DNA of 64,000 nt from Acidimicrobiia bacterium (GCA_965203555.1 CBDBCY010000004.1:1088001-1152000); one strand, 5' to 3'; counted from the stretch's first letter, positions 19,258 through 31,775 are shown. The notes: generated by a model from the letters alone, not told the origin. Made by a program: numbers and translations.

Positions 19258-21471
19258 CTAAAAGGGATCCTCATAGTCGCTGTACCCACCCCGCATTTTC
19301 TCCCCTGCCGAATCCCTTCTTGCAAAGACACGACCTTCCCATTTTGCGCAAATCTCCTCGAAGTTCGGTACCTTCTCCTCTTCGACCCAACTCTTGTACA
19401 TCTGCGGATTGATGCTTTGCGGCACTGGATACGCTTCCCTAATGAGAGCTAACGAAGGGATTTGTATACATTGCCCTAGCACCAAAGCGGTACGAGAGGG
19501 TAAGGTAGGAAGCTGATCAAGAAGTTCCGAATAGATGTTAGGAACTATCGCACGAAAGTAGTGGAGATCTGCAGGGTTCTGCAATCGATGGACGATAAAA
19601 CTATTGCATTGCGCCAGAACCGTGCGTGAGAGTTCGCTGGGTCGTTGAGAGGCTATTACCAATCCCAATCCACACTTTCTGCCCTCTCTGGCAATGCGTT
19701 CAAATATCTCCTTTGAAATAGAATCTTCCTCTGCTCGGCCAGTTTCCCGTATATAATTGTGCGCTTCATCGAGGATCAGGACGACTGGATAATCTCCTCT
19801 CTCGACACCACTGATCGGATCAGAGAGTCGCTGCAGGAATTCGTGAATGAGCCGACCCAGAAGGGCTGTAACATTCTCAAGTGCTTCCGTAGCAAGAAGG
19901 CTCAAATCAACGATCACCACATTAGACCCGGATGATCCCTGCCGCTGCCGTTTGTAAAAGGGAAATACTTCCGGGGAAAGGGTGCAGGTGCCAATGCTGT
20001 GATCATTATCCCGAGAGCTAGCGCCGAGAATATCCCGCAAAAAGGTAGCCAAGGCATGCTCTACCTGTGGCCATTCGCTATCTGTCGGACCAAAGAGAAA
20101 GTCAAACCGGGAGTCTGCCAGGAGTCTATATATCCGCAATAGCATTGTAGAACAATAGTCTCGGGTTCGAGGGGAATAGGCCTCGCTGCTAGCGAGAGCA
20201 TCTTCGAGATACAGATCGCGAAAATCGCTCTTACTGAAGAATCTGGGGCTGTCCACAGAGGCGGCACCTCGGTGACCAGTCAACTGAGGAACACCCGCCA
20301 ACTCCATAATCAAGGATTGAGCCACTTGGTTCACTTCTTGTCTAAGAGCCATAGTCAACGGATCGTAATCGCGGTCGCTCCTCCTTCTCACCTTCTTTCG
20401 TAGCTCGTGGAGTGTCTCCACTACCTCCTCTTGCAATATTGTTGGGTAGTGACTAAGCAGTTCTCCAAGTGCACCGGCATTACCTGGGTCCTGTAGATAG
20501 GAAACAATCCCCTTGCACAATACGTCAATGGTGTTTCTTTCTTGCCATCGCCCCTCTCTTGCTGCAGTCATCATGCGTTGGCACTCTATCCGTAAGTCTT
20601 CTCTTAGTTTAACCCATGTTGGACTCTCTCCAGATTCCCGCGCGGCGGTGAGAGCTTCTAGCAACACTGGCTGCTGTACCCCCGGTGACGCTCGGAACAA
20701 CCGTACAAAGTCGTCGGCGTTCATGAACCAGTATGGTATCGCCAGTTTGTCAGATGCATCTGCGGCCGTGGGAATGTATAGAGTCTTATAGGACTCATGC
20801 ACATCTGTCCAAGAGCCTTGTGGACTCCGTCGTTGGAAAGCGGAACGGTATTCGCCGTGTGTGTCAAAAATAATAAACCTGGTTTGCTTGACTGCGGGCG
20901 TATGCAGAATTGCTTGTATGATCGAAGAGATAGTACAGGACTTTCCGGAGCCGGTGCTACCGAGAACAGCGGCATGCATGCCAAAGAAGGCATCTACGTC
21001 AATGTTGATTGCGTATTCCGGGAAGACAGCGGAGCGACCAATGGACAAATGAGAATCGCCTCCCAAGGGAAAGCCTGGTTCAATGGCTCTTTGGAATATC
21101 GCATCAAGATCCTGCTGTGTTGGCATGAGAACAGGAGAATCCAGCACAGGATGGCTGCTAATGCCTTGCTGATAGATTCCTTCTTCAACAACGCCAGTCA
21201 TTACTCCTCGTAGCATCTTCCTAGCGGACGGCAGGTGCACCGTATTGCCAGCAGCAGTAGCGCTTCCATCCTCCTTCACATAAAGGCGAGTAACAATAGC
21301 TACATTGCGATGTCCACCCACCGGAATGACGACATAGGAGTTTATATGCCCGGCATCCTTGGTCCCTTCAATCGTTGAACGAGTAAAACTCTTGAGATCG
21401 CTCTCTAGAGCTACCGTCACTTGTGCGGCATCTACGGCGACGACTCTACCGATCCTGTAATCATCCATCAT
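19258..21471 (-). CDS. herA: HerA/FtsK-family ATPase of a Sir2-HerA defence system
   Basis: HAS-barrel start IGRVVAV, GSTGSGKS, LILDEAH, IAREGRK, SQRPSEL. Confidence 0.92.
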   Translation of the reverse strand: MMDDYRIGRVVAVDAAQVTVALESDLKSFTRSTIEGTKDAGHINSYVVIPVGGHRNVAIVTRLYVKEDGSATAAGNTVHLPSARKMLRGVMTGVVEEGIYQQGISSHPVLDSPVLMPTQQDLDAIFQRAIEPGFPLGGDSHLSIGRSAVFPEYAINIDVDAFFGMHAAVLGSTGSGKSCTISSIIQAILHTPAVKQTRFIIFDTHGEYRSAFQRRSPQGSWTDVHESYKTLYIPTAADASDKLAIPYWFMNADDFVRLFRASPGVQQPVLLEALTAARESGESPTWVKLREDLRIECQRMMTAAREGRWQERNTIDVLCKGIVSYLQDPGNAGALGELLSHYPTILQEEVVETLHELRKKVRRRSDRDYDPLTMALRQEVNQVAQSLIMELAGVPQLTGHRGAASVDSPRFFSKSDFRDLYLEDALASSEAYSPRTRDYCSTMLLRIYRLLADSRFDFLFGPTDSEWPQVEHALATFLRDILGASSRDNDHSIGTCTLSPEVFPFYKRQRQGSSGSNVVIVDLSLLATEALENVTALLGRLIHEFLQRLSDPISGVERGDYPVVLILDEAHNYIRETGRAEEDSISKEIFERIAREGRKCGLGLVIASQRPSELSRTVLAQCNSFIVHRLQNPADLHYFRAIVPNIYSELLDQLPTLPSRTALVLGQCIQIPSLALIREAYPVPQSINPQMYKSWVEEEKVPNFEEICAKWEGRVFARRDSAGEKMRGGYSDYEDPF

Positions 21472-21485
21472 GGAAGCTGGCGTTT

Positions 21486-22889
21486 CTACTGCTTGTCTCT
21501 GGATAGCGCCATTTTGTTGTAAGTCTGGACGACCTTCAGGGAAAGCTCTTCTTCCCGCAAATTGGGTAGCAGTGTGTCAACAAACGCATCAAAATGCCCC
21601 AGTGTCCCGCTCACAATCCATACTCGCTCATCCTTTAGCTCTTCCAGACTCGCCACAAATTCGCTCCGAGGATTAGGATCTACCACAACCAAGGTGAAGC
21701 TTGGGATTGCCAAAGCTTGACGTATTTGCGCGTTAACATGTTCGTCCCCAAATCCGTAGCCTACAACCACCAGTGTTGATTGCGGTTGGGCAACAGCATT
21801 ACCAAACCTCCGAAACATCTCCGAGTAGGGCAACCCCAAAGACTGGCCATACTTCAGCGGTGATGGGTAGATAAGCACGTCTTTATCCTCTGTTGATTCA
21901 CCATATAGGGTCGCATAGAGTCCAAAAGGATTCAACCACGATGCCTCACAGCTGTGCCAATTAATGGACCCATGAAGCTTATACAGTTGTATTACCCTGT
22001 CATAGCGATGAACTCGCCCTTCAGTGGTCTGGGCGGGAAAGTAGAAGTCTATATCATAGGACTCTGGCCTGAACACGCGGCGTAGTGTTCCGACAAAGCC
22101 ATCCATCATAATCACTCCTTCAGCATCACCTGCTTGTTCAATGAGCGTATCATAATTGAGTGTAAACAGATGAGTGCGACGCAGATTGAGGGGTCGGGTC
22201 AGAAGCTTCCTTAGTAGCAAACGATGAGTGCGGAGACTACCCTCTTTAGCAGGCACCGGTAAATCAAGCAAACGCGTTAGAGTATCCTCAATAGTCCTGA
22301 TCAATGTTGCCAATACGCATTTGTTAATGTGGATGTATTCCTCATTGCACAAAACTAGAGTGTCCGTTGATGTGAGCATACTAGCCGACCATGTGTGCAG
22401 TAGGCTCAAGAGGTGTTCTAAATTCAACGGGATGGGCTCAACCGAAGTATCCGAGGATGGACACTCCGTGCTCCGCTCTTCAAATGACAAGTCCTGTCCA
22501 GTAAGAATGGAAGCTACCTTATAGAAGAGGTCAAGCCAATCCGGCATGGAATCAGACGACCGCGGCATCCCTGCTCTTTGAATCAGATGCTTTTCCAATG
22601 GCCAAGGTATTGCAGCAAGCGATACACCACCGGCATCAATGGAAGCCCCTGCGCCCAATAGAAAGGACACATTTTCGGTCTTTAGGATCGTGCCAAATCG
22701 AACACGCATCCGCTTGAGAGTGTTCTCAAGAGCTGCTTGGGCCACCGTTGCTTGGGCTTCGTCCTCTGGATCTAAGGGGTTGAGGGCGTCCAGAGCCTGG
22801 CTTATGATGTCATCCTTGCCTAGCAGGATCCGGGAATCAGTGTAAGGAAGTGCTGACTTGTGGTTCATTGTTTCGCCGCGCGGAGTCAT
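21486..22889 (-). CDS. SIR2-family NADase of a Sir2-HerA system
   Basis: LLGAGAS, TLNYD, KLHGS, GYGFGDEH; directly upstream of herA. Confidence 0.92.
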   Translation of the reverse strand: MTPRGETMNHKSALPYTDSRILLGKDDIISQALDALNPLDPEDEAQATVAQAALENTLKRMRVRFGTILKTENVSFLLGAGASIDAGGVSLAAIPWPLEKHLIQRAGMPRSSDSMPDWLDLFYKVASILTGQDLSFEERSTECPSSDTSVEPIPLNLEHLLSLLHTWSASMLTSTDTLVLCNEEYIHINKCVLATLIRTIEDTLTRLLDLPVPAKEGSLRTHRLLLRKLLTRPLNLRRTHLFTLNYDTLIEQAGDAEGVIMMDGFVGTLRRVFRPESYDIDFYFPAQTTEGRVHRYDRVIQLYKLHGSINWHSCEASWLNPFGLYATLYGESTEDKDVLIYPSPLKYGQSLGLPYSEMFRRFGNAVAQPQSTLVVVGYGFGDEHVNAQIRQALAIPSFTLVVVDPNPRSEFVASLEELKDERVWIVSGTLGHFDAFVDTLLPNLREEELSLKVVQTYNKMALSRDKQ

Positions 22890-23400
22890 AGGATTTCGTT
22901 ACGGAAGGATACCAATGGAGGTGATGAGGCAAGCGTATTTTGGGAATTTGGGATGTAAGTGGGGAGTGCCACTGGACGGCGCGCAGGTAGAATCAACCGA
23001 ATCGACGTCGCATGGCGGCGTGGTCACGGGTCTTTGATCTAATCGACACCCGATGGTACGGATACCTGAGCGAAAGTGTCGTGGAGAGCTGGACCCACTC
23101 CCATCTCATCCCGCCAAGAGAGCGGCACTTGTGTGAGGTGCTCGCCAAGGGGAACGCCAGGGTCACAGCGGAGGCTTAACCAGGTCGCGAATCCTTCCCG
23201 CACCGACTCAGCAGAACGGTGGCAACAGGGCAAACCCCACCCTCTCAGACCGACCAAGTCAAGGTATCACCCTTGTCAACCTCCCCCCTGGCAACATCAG
23301 GTGGAAGGGGGAAGTGCACCCTTTGGTTGGTCACGCCGAGATGAACGACAACGTGGTTAAGGTCACAAACGCAGAGAAATCTGAACCACTCCGAGTGTCC

Positions 23401-23448
23401 GGAGGTGCAGCCCTTGGGAGGTGCAGCCCTTGGGAGATCCAGCTTAGG
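23401..23448. repeat. 16-bp tandem repeat (2 exact copies + 1 degenerate)
   Basis: GGAGGTGCAGCCCTTG x2, then GGAGATCCAGCTTAGG, in the divergent sir2/SNF2 intergenic region. Confidence 0.8.
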
Positions 23449-23768
23449 GAAAGACAAGAAGAAACGTTAGCCGGAAGTCCGCTAGAGGGCTGTTCGGTTG
23501 ATGTTCGTTGGTAAGCGCGAGCGTCGGTAGCAGTGGGCGGCGATTCATTGATCACCGAGAAGGCGGGATGTTGTCTGAAACCCTGCGTAAGTGGGTTGTC
23601 AGTCAGAATGCGAGTGCCTTGCCAGATCCAGCGGGGCCATGCTCAGTTTTCGCCGATACTTGGTGGAGAGCAGACATTAGGGTTCATCGAGTCTCCCGAG
23701 CCAGCCTATGGATGTCACACCCGGTAGGTAATCTGGCAGGGGAACGCATCAGAGGAGGACCATCCCAA

Positions 23769-26700
23769 GTGCAGTTGGAAGACCTAGCGCCCGGAACGGT
23801 GGTGGATGGATTGGTTGTGGGCGAGCGGGCTACCGTGGTGGCGGTCGATTGGCATGGTGCGGGCACCGTCCAGGTGGTTTACCGAACGTTCCAAGGTGTC
23901 TCGGAGAGACTGCTCTCCCGGGCCGATGAGGCCCGTCTGTCGGTTGCCACCGAAGAGCGACCCTGGACGCTCGATGCGCCGGGGCACGCATTCAAGCTTG
24001 CCTCGGAGGCGCACCGCATCCAGCTGGCGCATCTGTTCGACCCCTACCTGGCTGTCCAGGGATCCAACATCGATCCTCTCCCGCACCAGATCGAGGCGGT
24101 ATATCAGGAGATGCTTCCCCGTCAGCCGCTCCGGTTCCTTCTGGCTGATGATCCGGGAGCAGGCAAAACGATCATGTCGGGACTCCTGATCCGAGAATTG
24201 GATATACGAGGAGACGCCGACCAGGTGCTAATCGTGGCTCCGGGATCGTTGGTGGAACAGTGGCAGGAGGAACTTCATCAGAGATTCCACCTCTCTTTCG
24301 ACATCTTCTCCCGTGACATGGTGGAGGCGGCTCGTACGGGCAATCCCTTCAAGGAACGCTCCCGCTTGATCGCTCGTCTAGATCAGTTGGCCAGAAACGA
24401 GGAACTGCAGGAACGGCTGAAGGCCTCAGAGTGGGACCTGGTGGTGGTCGATGAGGCTCACAAGATGTCTGCTCACCTCTATGGCCAAAAGCTGGAGAAG
24501 ACCAAACGCTATCGGGTGGGAGAGATCCTCAGGGCCATTACTCGCCACTTTCTGCTGCTTACCGCCACCCCGCACAACGGTAAGGAAGAAGAATTTCACC
24601 TTTTCCTGGCCCTACTGGACCCCGACCGATTCGAGGGACGGTTAAAGGGAGAGGCCATTCCCGATTACTCCGATGCTATGCGCCGCTACGTAAAGGAGAA
24701 ACTTCTCACCTTCGACGGTCGCCGCCTGTTCCCGGAGCGATTTGCTATCTCGGCCCAATACGAACTGTCGCTACCGGAGCAGGAGCTCTACGAGGCGGTC
24801 ACGTCCTATGTGCGGATAGGCATGAACCGGGCCAAGCAGATGGAAGAGGGTGGTGATCGCCGGCGGGGATTGGCCGTGGGCTTTGCTTTGGCCGCTCTGC
24901 AAAGAAGATTGGCCTCATCCCCACAAGCCATCCATAGGTCTCTAGAGCGCCGACGGGATCGCTTGAACAAGCGGCTCGATGAAATGAGAGACATCGCCGA
25001 GGGGAAAGCAGTTCCCAAAACCTCCACCAAGTCCGCAAAGCGAACGATCAACTTCGACGATTTCGACTTCGACGACTTCCGCGATGATGAGTTGGAGGAA
25101 ATCGAAGACGCAGTCATCGACCAGGAAACCGCCGCCCGCACTATCCCAGAACTGGAAATAGAAATCTCCCAGCTCGCAGACCTAGAGAAAAAGGCTGCCC
25201 GATTGCGGGGTTTGAAGACCGACCGCAAATGGGAAGAGCTCCGGTCAATCCTCCACTCCGAAGAGATGACCTCTGCCAATGGTGTGGCTCGCAAGATCAT
25301 CATCTTCACCGAACACCGGGACACGCTCGAGTACTTGGTGGCACGGATCGGAACTCTGATAGGACGCTCCGAGGCGGTGGGATGGATACACGGTGGGATG
25401 AAGCGACACGACCGCCGCCGAGTCCAGCATGCCTTCGTCAACGATCCCAATCTGCGAGTGCTGGTGGCAACCGACGCTGCCGGAGAGGGAGTGAACCTAC
25501 AACGAGCAAACCTGATGGTGAATTACGACCTCCCTTGGAATCCCAACCGTATCGAACAGCGTTTCGGTCGCATCCACCGGATCGGGCAGACGGAGGTTTG
25601 TTACCTGTGGAACCTGGTGGCACACGAAACGCGGGAAGGCGCGGTCTTCCATCGATTGTTCGAGAAGATCGAACAGCAACGGAAGGCGCTGGGCGGCCAG
25701 GTGTACGATGTGCTGGGTGACTCGATGATCGGGAAGTCCCTACGAGAGCTTCTGATCGAGGCGATCCGCTACGGGGACGATCCCAAAGTGAAAGCAAAGC
25801 GGGACGAAGTGATCGACGCCGATGTGGGCGAGCGCCTGCGGGACCTGGTGGAACACCAGCAACTCGCTGAGGGGTGGATGGGGATAGACAAACTGTCCGA
25901 CATTCGGGATGAGATGGAACGAGCCAGAGTCCGAAAGCTCCAGCCTGGATTCATCCAAGCCTTCTTCATCGACGCCTTTCGCTTGCTACGTGGACGGATC
26001 CCCGAACGGGAGAAGAACCGATTCCAGATCACCCGCGTACCCCAGGGGCTCCGGGCCGACCCCTTGACCACCGTAGCCCGGGAATACGAGAGAGTCACCT
26101 TCGAACCCAGCCTGGAGACCGTGGAGGGAAAACCACCCGCTGAAGTCTTGAGCCCTGGACATCCACTCCTGGATGTGGTCATAGGGGCGATCAGAGCACA
26201 GTACGGTCGCTTTTTGCAGACCGGCACGGTGCTGGTTGATCCCGACGACTCGGGTACTACACCACGGGTCGTGGTGTATCTGGAACATCGGATCACCGAT
26301 GGCAAACCCGAACGCAATGGTCGCCGTCCGGTGTCTCGACGATATCAGTACATAGAGATACCGAAAGATGGGAAGCCCACCAGCGCCGGGCAGGCACCCT
26401 ATCTGGACTACCGGCCTATCCGTGACGAAGAGCAGTCGATGATTAAGGCATTGGCTGAGGATGATTGGATCACGACCGCTCTGACGACCACCGCTCAGAG
26501 GTATGCCATAGAGCACCTGGCCCAAGTCCACTACCAGGAAGTTTCCCGCATCGTCACCACTCGGGTACAGAAGGTGAGAGCAGCGGTGAAGGAACGTTTG
26601 AAGAAAGAGATCCGCTACTGGGACGAACGGGTGTACGCCCTCAAGGAAAGGGAATTGGCTGGCAAATCGACCGGTGGGTTCACCTCCGGGCACGCTCGCA

Positions 26701-28929
26701 ATTTCGCCGACGATCTCGAGGCGCGCCTAGAGCGGCGCAATCGAGAACTCGACCAAGAACTTGATCTTTCCAACCTGGATCCACCGGTGGGTTTGGTGGT
26801 GTGGGGTGGTGAAATGCTGTGAAGTGCCTCTCTGACCTGGGAGAATAGCTGTTACCAAACACGGCTATTTGCCCTGGCAGAGGAGGCACTTCTTGTGAAA
26901 ATGATAACCAGGTTGGACAGGTTGGAGGTGAGGTTCGACGAGGGGTCGTTGGTCGCAGACGCGGGTCTGCTACTGGCCGGGAGTTTTTTGTCCCGGTTGG
27001 GTGTGGAACAGTTGGTGGACGACACCGTGAACATTCCCGGCAAACAGGGCGGCGCCCGTCCGGGCCGCAAGATACTGTCGTTGGTGGCGTCGATGCTGCT
27101 GGGCGGCACCCATATCGATCATGCCGATCGGCTGCGGTCTGCAGCCACCCGTAGGGTGCTGCCGTTTCGGGTGATGGCCCCTTTTCACGCTGGGAACGTT
27201 TCTTCGTTCTTTCACATGGGGTCATGTCTGCCAGTTGAACAAAGCCTTGGGACTGCTGCTGGCCCGGGTCTGGTCCCAGCCGGGCATCGGCCCGGGCGAC
27301 CGTCCGTTGATTATTGATGTGGACTCCACCATCTGCGAGGTTCACGGCAAGAAAAAGGAAGGCGCCGTCTACGGTCACACCGGTGTGTTGGGATACCATC
27401 CGCTGACGGCGATCGTGTCCGACACCGGCGAGATTGTTCATCATCGCCTGCGGAAAGGATCCTCGCAGAGAGGAAACACCCGGTTCATGGTGGAGACGGT
27501 CAACCGGGTGAGACGGGCCGGAGCGACCGGTACGATCACCGTCCGGGCGGACAAGGGCTTTTGGTCGGGTAAGACCGTGCAGAAACTGGAGTCCATGGGA
27601 GCGGAGTGGTTTATCGGTGTTCGACGATATCCCAACGTTAAACGTGCTATAGAGAACATAGACAAGGACGATTGGGTGGATATCGGCTACACCCCGGACG
27701 GTCAGGCGCAGGTGGCCGAGACCACTATCACCACCAAGATCGACAAAGAAGAACACACCCTGCGGGTGGTGGTCAGACGCACCCGCCTCACCGACCGCCA
27801 ACACCCCCCAGTTGCCGATCTGGTCCGACTGGCGACACCACGCGTTCGCCACCAGCAACCGTGTCCTCGAAGCGGTGGAAGCCGACAGTATGTACCGCCG
27901 TCATGCCTGTGTGGAACTGGGCATCCGCGACCTCAAACACCACGCCGGACTGGCCCACTGTCCATCAGGGCGGTTCTTCGCCAACGCCGCCTGGATGGCC
28001 GCCGCGGTGGCGGCTCACAACCTGTACCGGTGGATCAACCACCACACCGGCGCAACACCGAAGGGAAAGCTCACCTGCGGTCGCACGGTCCGCACCCGCC
28101 TTTTCAACCTGCCCGGAAGAATCGTCAACCACAGCCACAAACTCCTCCTGCGACTACCCACCCGCTGGCCATGGGCACACACCTACCACACCGCTCTCAA
28201 CAGCATCCGCACCCTGCCACAACTCTGCTGAACAACCCCGCCAGCAACCCAAACCCTCTATCAGGACTGCATCACCCCGGCTGCCGCATACCCCAAAAGC
28301 CCCCCACCGGACCGTTCCCACCCCGCAACCCCACCGACAGACCCCGACCACCGTCCAAAGAACAAAACCCGCCCGCCAAAACACCAAAAACAAGCCCGAT
28401 CACACCAACCACACCCACCCAAACCACCCGATCGGTGGATTGAGGTTCCAACCATCCGCCTGTGGTGGTTGGGGGTGCATTGATCATCCCACAGGGATTG
28501 CTCGAAGTTGAGAACCCGACGTTGCCCGTGAACCCGGACAGTCGGGAGGAGATCGACCGGCGAGCGGTAGCAGCAGTGATGGCTGCCGAGCGCCGTCTGA
28601 GCCGAGAGCCGACCGAGATGGAGCATCACAACCCCGGGTACGACATCGAAAGCAAATGCCCCGCCACAGGTGACCTGTACTTCATCGAGGTGAAAGGGCG
28701 GATCGAAGGAGCCGATGCCATAAGCGTCAAGTCTCGGCAGATCCGCCAAGGTCTCAACCATCCGCATCGGTTCATTTTGGCTGTCGTGCAGGTGCCATCC
28801 GACCCCGATCCTGAGCCAGTCGTGCGCTATGTGCGCCATCCATTCAAAGGTGTGACTATGCCCTTCAGCACATATTCGGTCAACCTTCCTCTGAAAGAAC
28901 TGCTAACTCGATCCACGGATCCATCATGA
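23769..28929 (+). pseudogene. SNF2-family helicase with C-terminal DUF3883 (NOV_C) nuclease domain, split by IS1380
   Basis: GGAGG RBS + GTG at 23769. LADDPGAGKT, DEAH, TATP, QRFGRIHRIGQ; C-terminal PGYDIES...FIEVKG. Removing the IS and one TTCCAA restores the frame ELDLSNHPPVVVGGALIIP. Confidence 0.92.
26774..28445 (+). mobile_element. IS1380-family element (transposase about 26896-28231, frameshifted twice)
   Basis: Terminal IRs CCTGGATCCACCG / CGGTGGATTGAGG; TSD TTCCAA at 26768-26773 and 28446-28451; IDVDST, GYHPL, VRADKGF, YRRHACVELGIRDLK, F.ANAAW. Confidence 0.92.
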
Positions 28930-29013
28930 CCCAGAGTCGACCGAAGGAGTGCTTGTTACCCTTCCATGGGGCCTATCCCATACCCTGCCCCGACATCCGT
29001 GCGAAGTTACACC

Positions 29014-31767
29014 ATGGCCTATAAGAAGAAGCTGATCGAGGTGGCGTTGCCGTTGCAGACCATCAGCAAAGAGGCGGCACGGGAGAAGTCAATTCGTCAT
29101 GGACACCCTTCTACCTTGCATCTGTGGTGGGCACGGCGCCCGCTGGCAGCGGCTCGTGCAGTGCTGTGGGCGTCGCTGGTAGATGACCCCTCGGCTCATC
29201 CCGGCCGATTTCCTACCGAACAGGATCAGTCGGATGAACGGAAGCGACTGTTCGAAACGCTCACAGACTTGGTGAAGTGGAAGAACACCAATAACGTCCA
29301 GGTGCTGTCCGCTGCGAAGGCCGAGATCCTGGCATCCTGTGACGGTGAGTTACCCAACATCCTGGACCCCTTCTGCGGGGGCGGGACTATTCCTTTGGAA
29401 GCGCAGCGGCTGGGATTGCCTGCCTATGGCGGGGATTTGAATCCGGTGGCGGTCTTGATCTCGAAGGCCATGGTAGAGATTCCACCCCGGTTTGCAGGAA
29501 TACCGCCGATCAACCCCGAAGCGGGGAACAGCATGGACGTTGGTTCTTGGGAAGGGGCACGAGGTCTGGCTGAAGACATTGTCTATTACGGCCGGTGGGT
29601 GCGAGACCAGGCTTTAAAGCGTATCGGACATCTCTACCCAAGAGCTCAGGTCCCCGAAGGTGTCGGAGGGCGGAGGGAGACTGTTATCGCCTGGATATGG
29701 GCTCGCACCGTCCAGTCCCCGGACCCGGCTTGGGACGGGCACGTGCCGCTTGTCGGCTCATGGGTATTGCGAAGGAGACCCGGGAAGCCGTGGGTATGGG
29801 TGAAGCCTTTGGTTGATCACGACACCCAAACCATCAGCTATCAAATCCGAGAGGGAGGCACACCTCCCAAAGGCACAGTAAAGCGGGCAGTTGGCACCTG
29901 CATAGCCACCGGGGCCACCATCCCAAATGCCTACATTAAAGAAGAGGGACAGGCAGGAAGGATGGGGCAACACCTGATAGCCGTGGTTTGTGAGGGACAT
30001 GACGGACGCCGGTACCTGCCACCAGAAAGCACTCCACATGTAGAAGTGCCTATACCGGAGTGGGAACCTAGGGGAAGGCTGGACGGCAAGGCAGGGGATC
30101 AAATGCCTCTCTATGGCTCCACTCATTGGAGACATCTGTTCACAGATCGTCAACTTGTCGCGCTGACCACCTTCTCGGATCTTCTGCTGGAGGTTCGATC
30201 ATCCATAGAGCAAGATGCGCGAAAGGCGGATCTCCCCGCAGACAACAGGCCCCTTCGACAGGGGGGTTCTGGAGCCAACGCCTATGGTGAAGCTCTTCTG
30301 ACCTTCCTGGCGTTTGCATTAGACCGATGCGCGGTTAGGTGGTCGGAATGCGTTCCATGGCATGCTGGCCGCGAAACCGTGGAACACGTGTTCGGGCGTC
30401 AGGCCATCGCAATGGTGTGGTACTTCCCGGAAGCCAACCCCTTCTCTTCCTCCACCGGCAACTGGTTGGGACAGCTCACTTGGATCGGCAAGGTGGTCGA
30501 GAACCTCCCGGCTCAAGGATTGGGGGAGGTGTTTCAGCAGGATGCCCGAGCACGGCTGAGTTCAGTTCCTAATCCGGTTGTGACCACCGATCCACCCTAT
30601 TACGACAACATCTGCTATGCCGATATCTCGGACTTCTTCTACGTGTGGCTTCGACACAACCTCCGCTCTATCTGGCCCGATGAGTTGTCCACCCTTGCTA
30701 CCCCCAAGGCGGAAGAACTGATTGCCAGTGCCTACCGCCACCAGAGCAAAACAGCAGCCGCGCACTTTTTCGAGTCTGGAATGAGGGAAGTCTTGGGAGA
30801 AGCCGCTCAGGTGCAGCATCCCGATTTTCCAGTCTCCATTTTCTACGCTTTCAAACAAGCAGAAACCAAAAAAGGCGAAACCGTCTCCACCGGATGGCAG
30901 ACGTTTCTCCAGGCACTCAACGACACAGGACTCAGAGTCTTGGCCACCTGGCCCATGCGCACAGAGATGACTTCCGGACTTAGGAGCCTGGCTTCCACGT
31001 TGGCATCATCAATCGTGATCGTATGCCGCCCTCGACCCGCCAATTCACCCCTGGCCACTCGTGGCGAGCTACTGGCGGCTCTCCGCTCTGAACTCCCTTC
31101 CGCTATGCGACTGTTACGAGAACAGGCTATTGCTCCTGTGGACATGGACCAATCCATGATCGGCCCGGGTATGGCAGTGTTTTCCCGTTACTCCCGGGTA
31201 CTAAATGCCGATGGAACCGCCATGTCGGTCCGTCAGGCCTTGGCTCTCATCGACCAGATAAAGGAAGAGACCCTCTCGGAGGAAGAGACCGAGTTCGACT
31301 ACGAGACCCGGTGGGCTCTCACATGGTATCGACAGTTTGGGGCAGACCTCGGCTCCTACGGAGACGCAGAGACCCTATCGAAAGCCAAGAACACCTCGGT
31401 GTCCAGCGTGGTCAGAGCCGGAATCGCCACTTCTGTGGCTGGTAAGGTGCAACTCGTCCCGCGCGCCGACCTTAACCCAAACTGGGATCCTAGGGCAGAT
31501 CCCAGCCCGAAGGTGTGGCAGGTTACTCAGCACCTTTTGGACCGCTTGGAGAGATCCGAGACCGAAGCCGCCGATCTTCTCCGTCAAGCCGGTTCGGGTA
31601 TGGGCGATCGAGCCCGGCAACTCGCCTATTTGCTCTATCAAACCGCGGATCGCCGGGGGTGGGCGCAAGAGAGAATCGTTTACAACATGCTGGTGACCGT
31701 CTGGCCGACTCTCGTTGACTTGGCTGCCCAGCCATCCCCCGGACAAGGCAGCCTCCTGGAAGCATGA
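29014..31767 (+). CDS. DUF1156 adenine-specific DNA methyltransferase
   Basis: KKLIEVALPL, LHLWWARRPLA, DPFCGGG (motif I), TDPPYYDN (motif IV). Confidence 0.92.
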   Translation: MAYKKKLIEVALPLQTISKEAAREKSIRHGHPSTLHLWWARRPLAAARAVLWASLVDDPSAHPGRFPTEQDQSDERKRLFETLTDLVKWKNTNNVQVLSAAKAEILASCDGELPNILDPFCGGGTIPLEAQRLGLPAYGGDLNPVAVLISKAMVEIPPRFAGIPPINPEAGNSMDVGSWEGARGLAEDIVYYGRWVRDQALKRIGHLYPRAQVPEGVGGRRETVIAWIWARTVQSPDPAWDGHVPLVGSWVLRRRPGKPWVWVKPLVDHDTQTISYQIREGGTPPKGTVKRAVGTCIATGATIPNAYIKEEGQAGRMGQHLIAVVCEGHDGRRYLPPESTPHVEVPIPEWEPRGRLDGKAGDQMPLYGSTHWRHLFTDRQLVALTTFSDLLLEVRSSIEQDARKADLPADNRPLRQGGSGANAYGEALLTFLAFALDRCAVRWSECVPWHAGRETVEHVFGRQAIAMVWYFPEANPFSSSTGNWLGQLTWIGKVVENLPAQGLGEVFQQDARARLSSVPNPVVTTDPPYYDNICYADISDFFYVWLRHNLRSIWPDELSTLATPKAEELIASAYRHQSKTAAAHFFESGMREVLGEAAQVQHPDFPVSIFYAFKQAETKKGETVSTGWQTFLQALNDTGLRVLATWPMRTEMTSGLRSLASTLASSIVIVCRPRPANSPLATRGELLAALRSELPSAMRLLREQAIAPVDMDQSMIGPGMAVFSRYSRVLNADGTAMSVRQALALIDQIKEETLSEEETEFDYETRWALTWYRQFGADLGSYGDAETLSKAKNTSVSSVVRAGIATSVAGKVQLVPRADLNPNWDPRADPSPKVWQVTQHLLDRLERSETEAADLLRQAGSGMGDRARQLAYLLYQTADRRGWAQERIVYNMLVTVWPTLVDLAAQPSPGQGSLLEA

Positions 31768-31775
31768 GATAGGAC

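Noticed and set aside
23508-23768. N-terminal extension of the SNF2 ORF
   Set aside because: The strong RBS and family-like start are at GTG 23769.
26774-26822. IS-derived tail LDPPVGLVVWGG resembling the native HPPVVVGG
   Set aside because: Short, low-complexity resemblance; probably coincidence.
28232-28430. C/A-rich low-complexity stretch
   Set aside because: Lies inside the IS1380 3' non-coding end; similar skew occurs in the other IS ends here and no repeat unit is evident.
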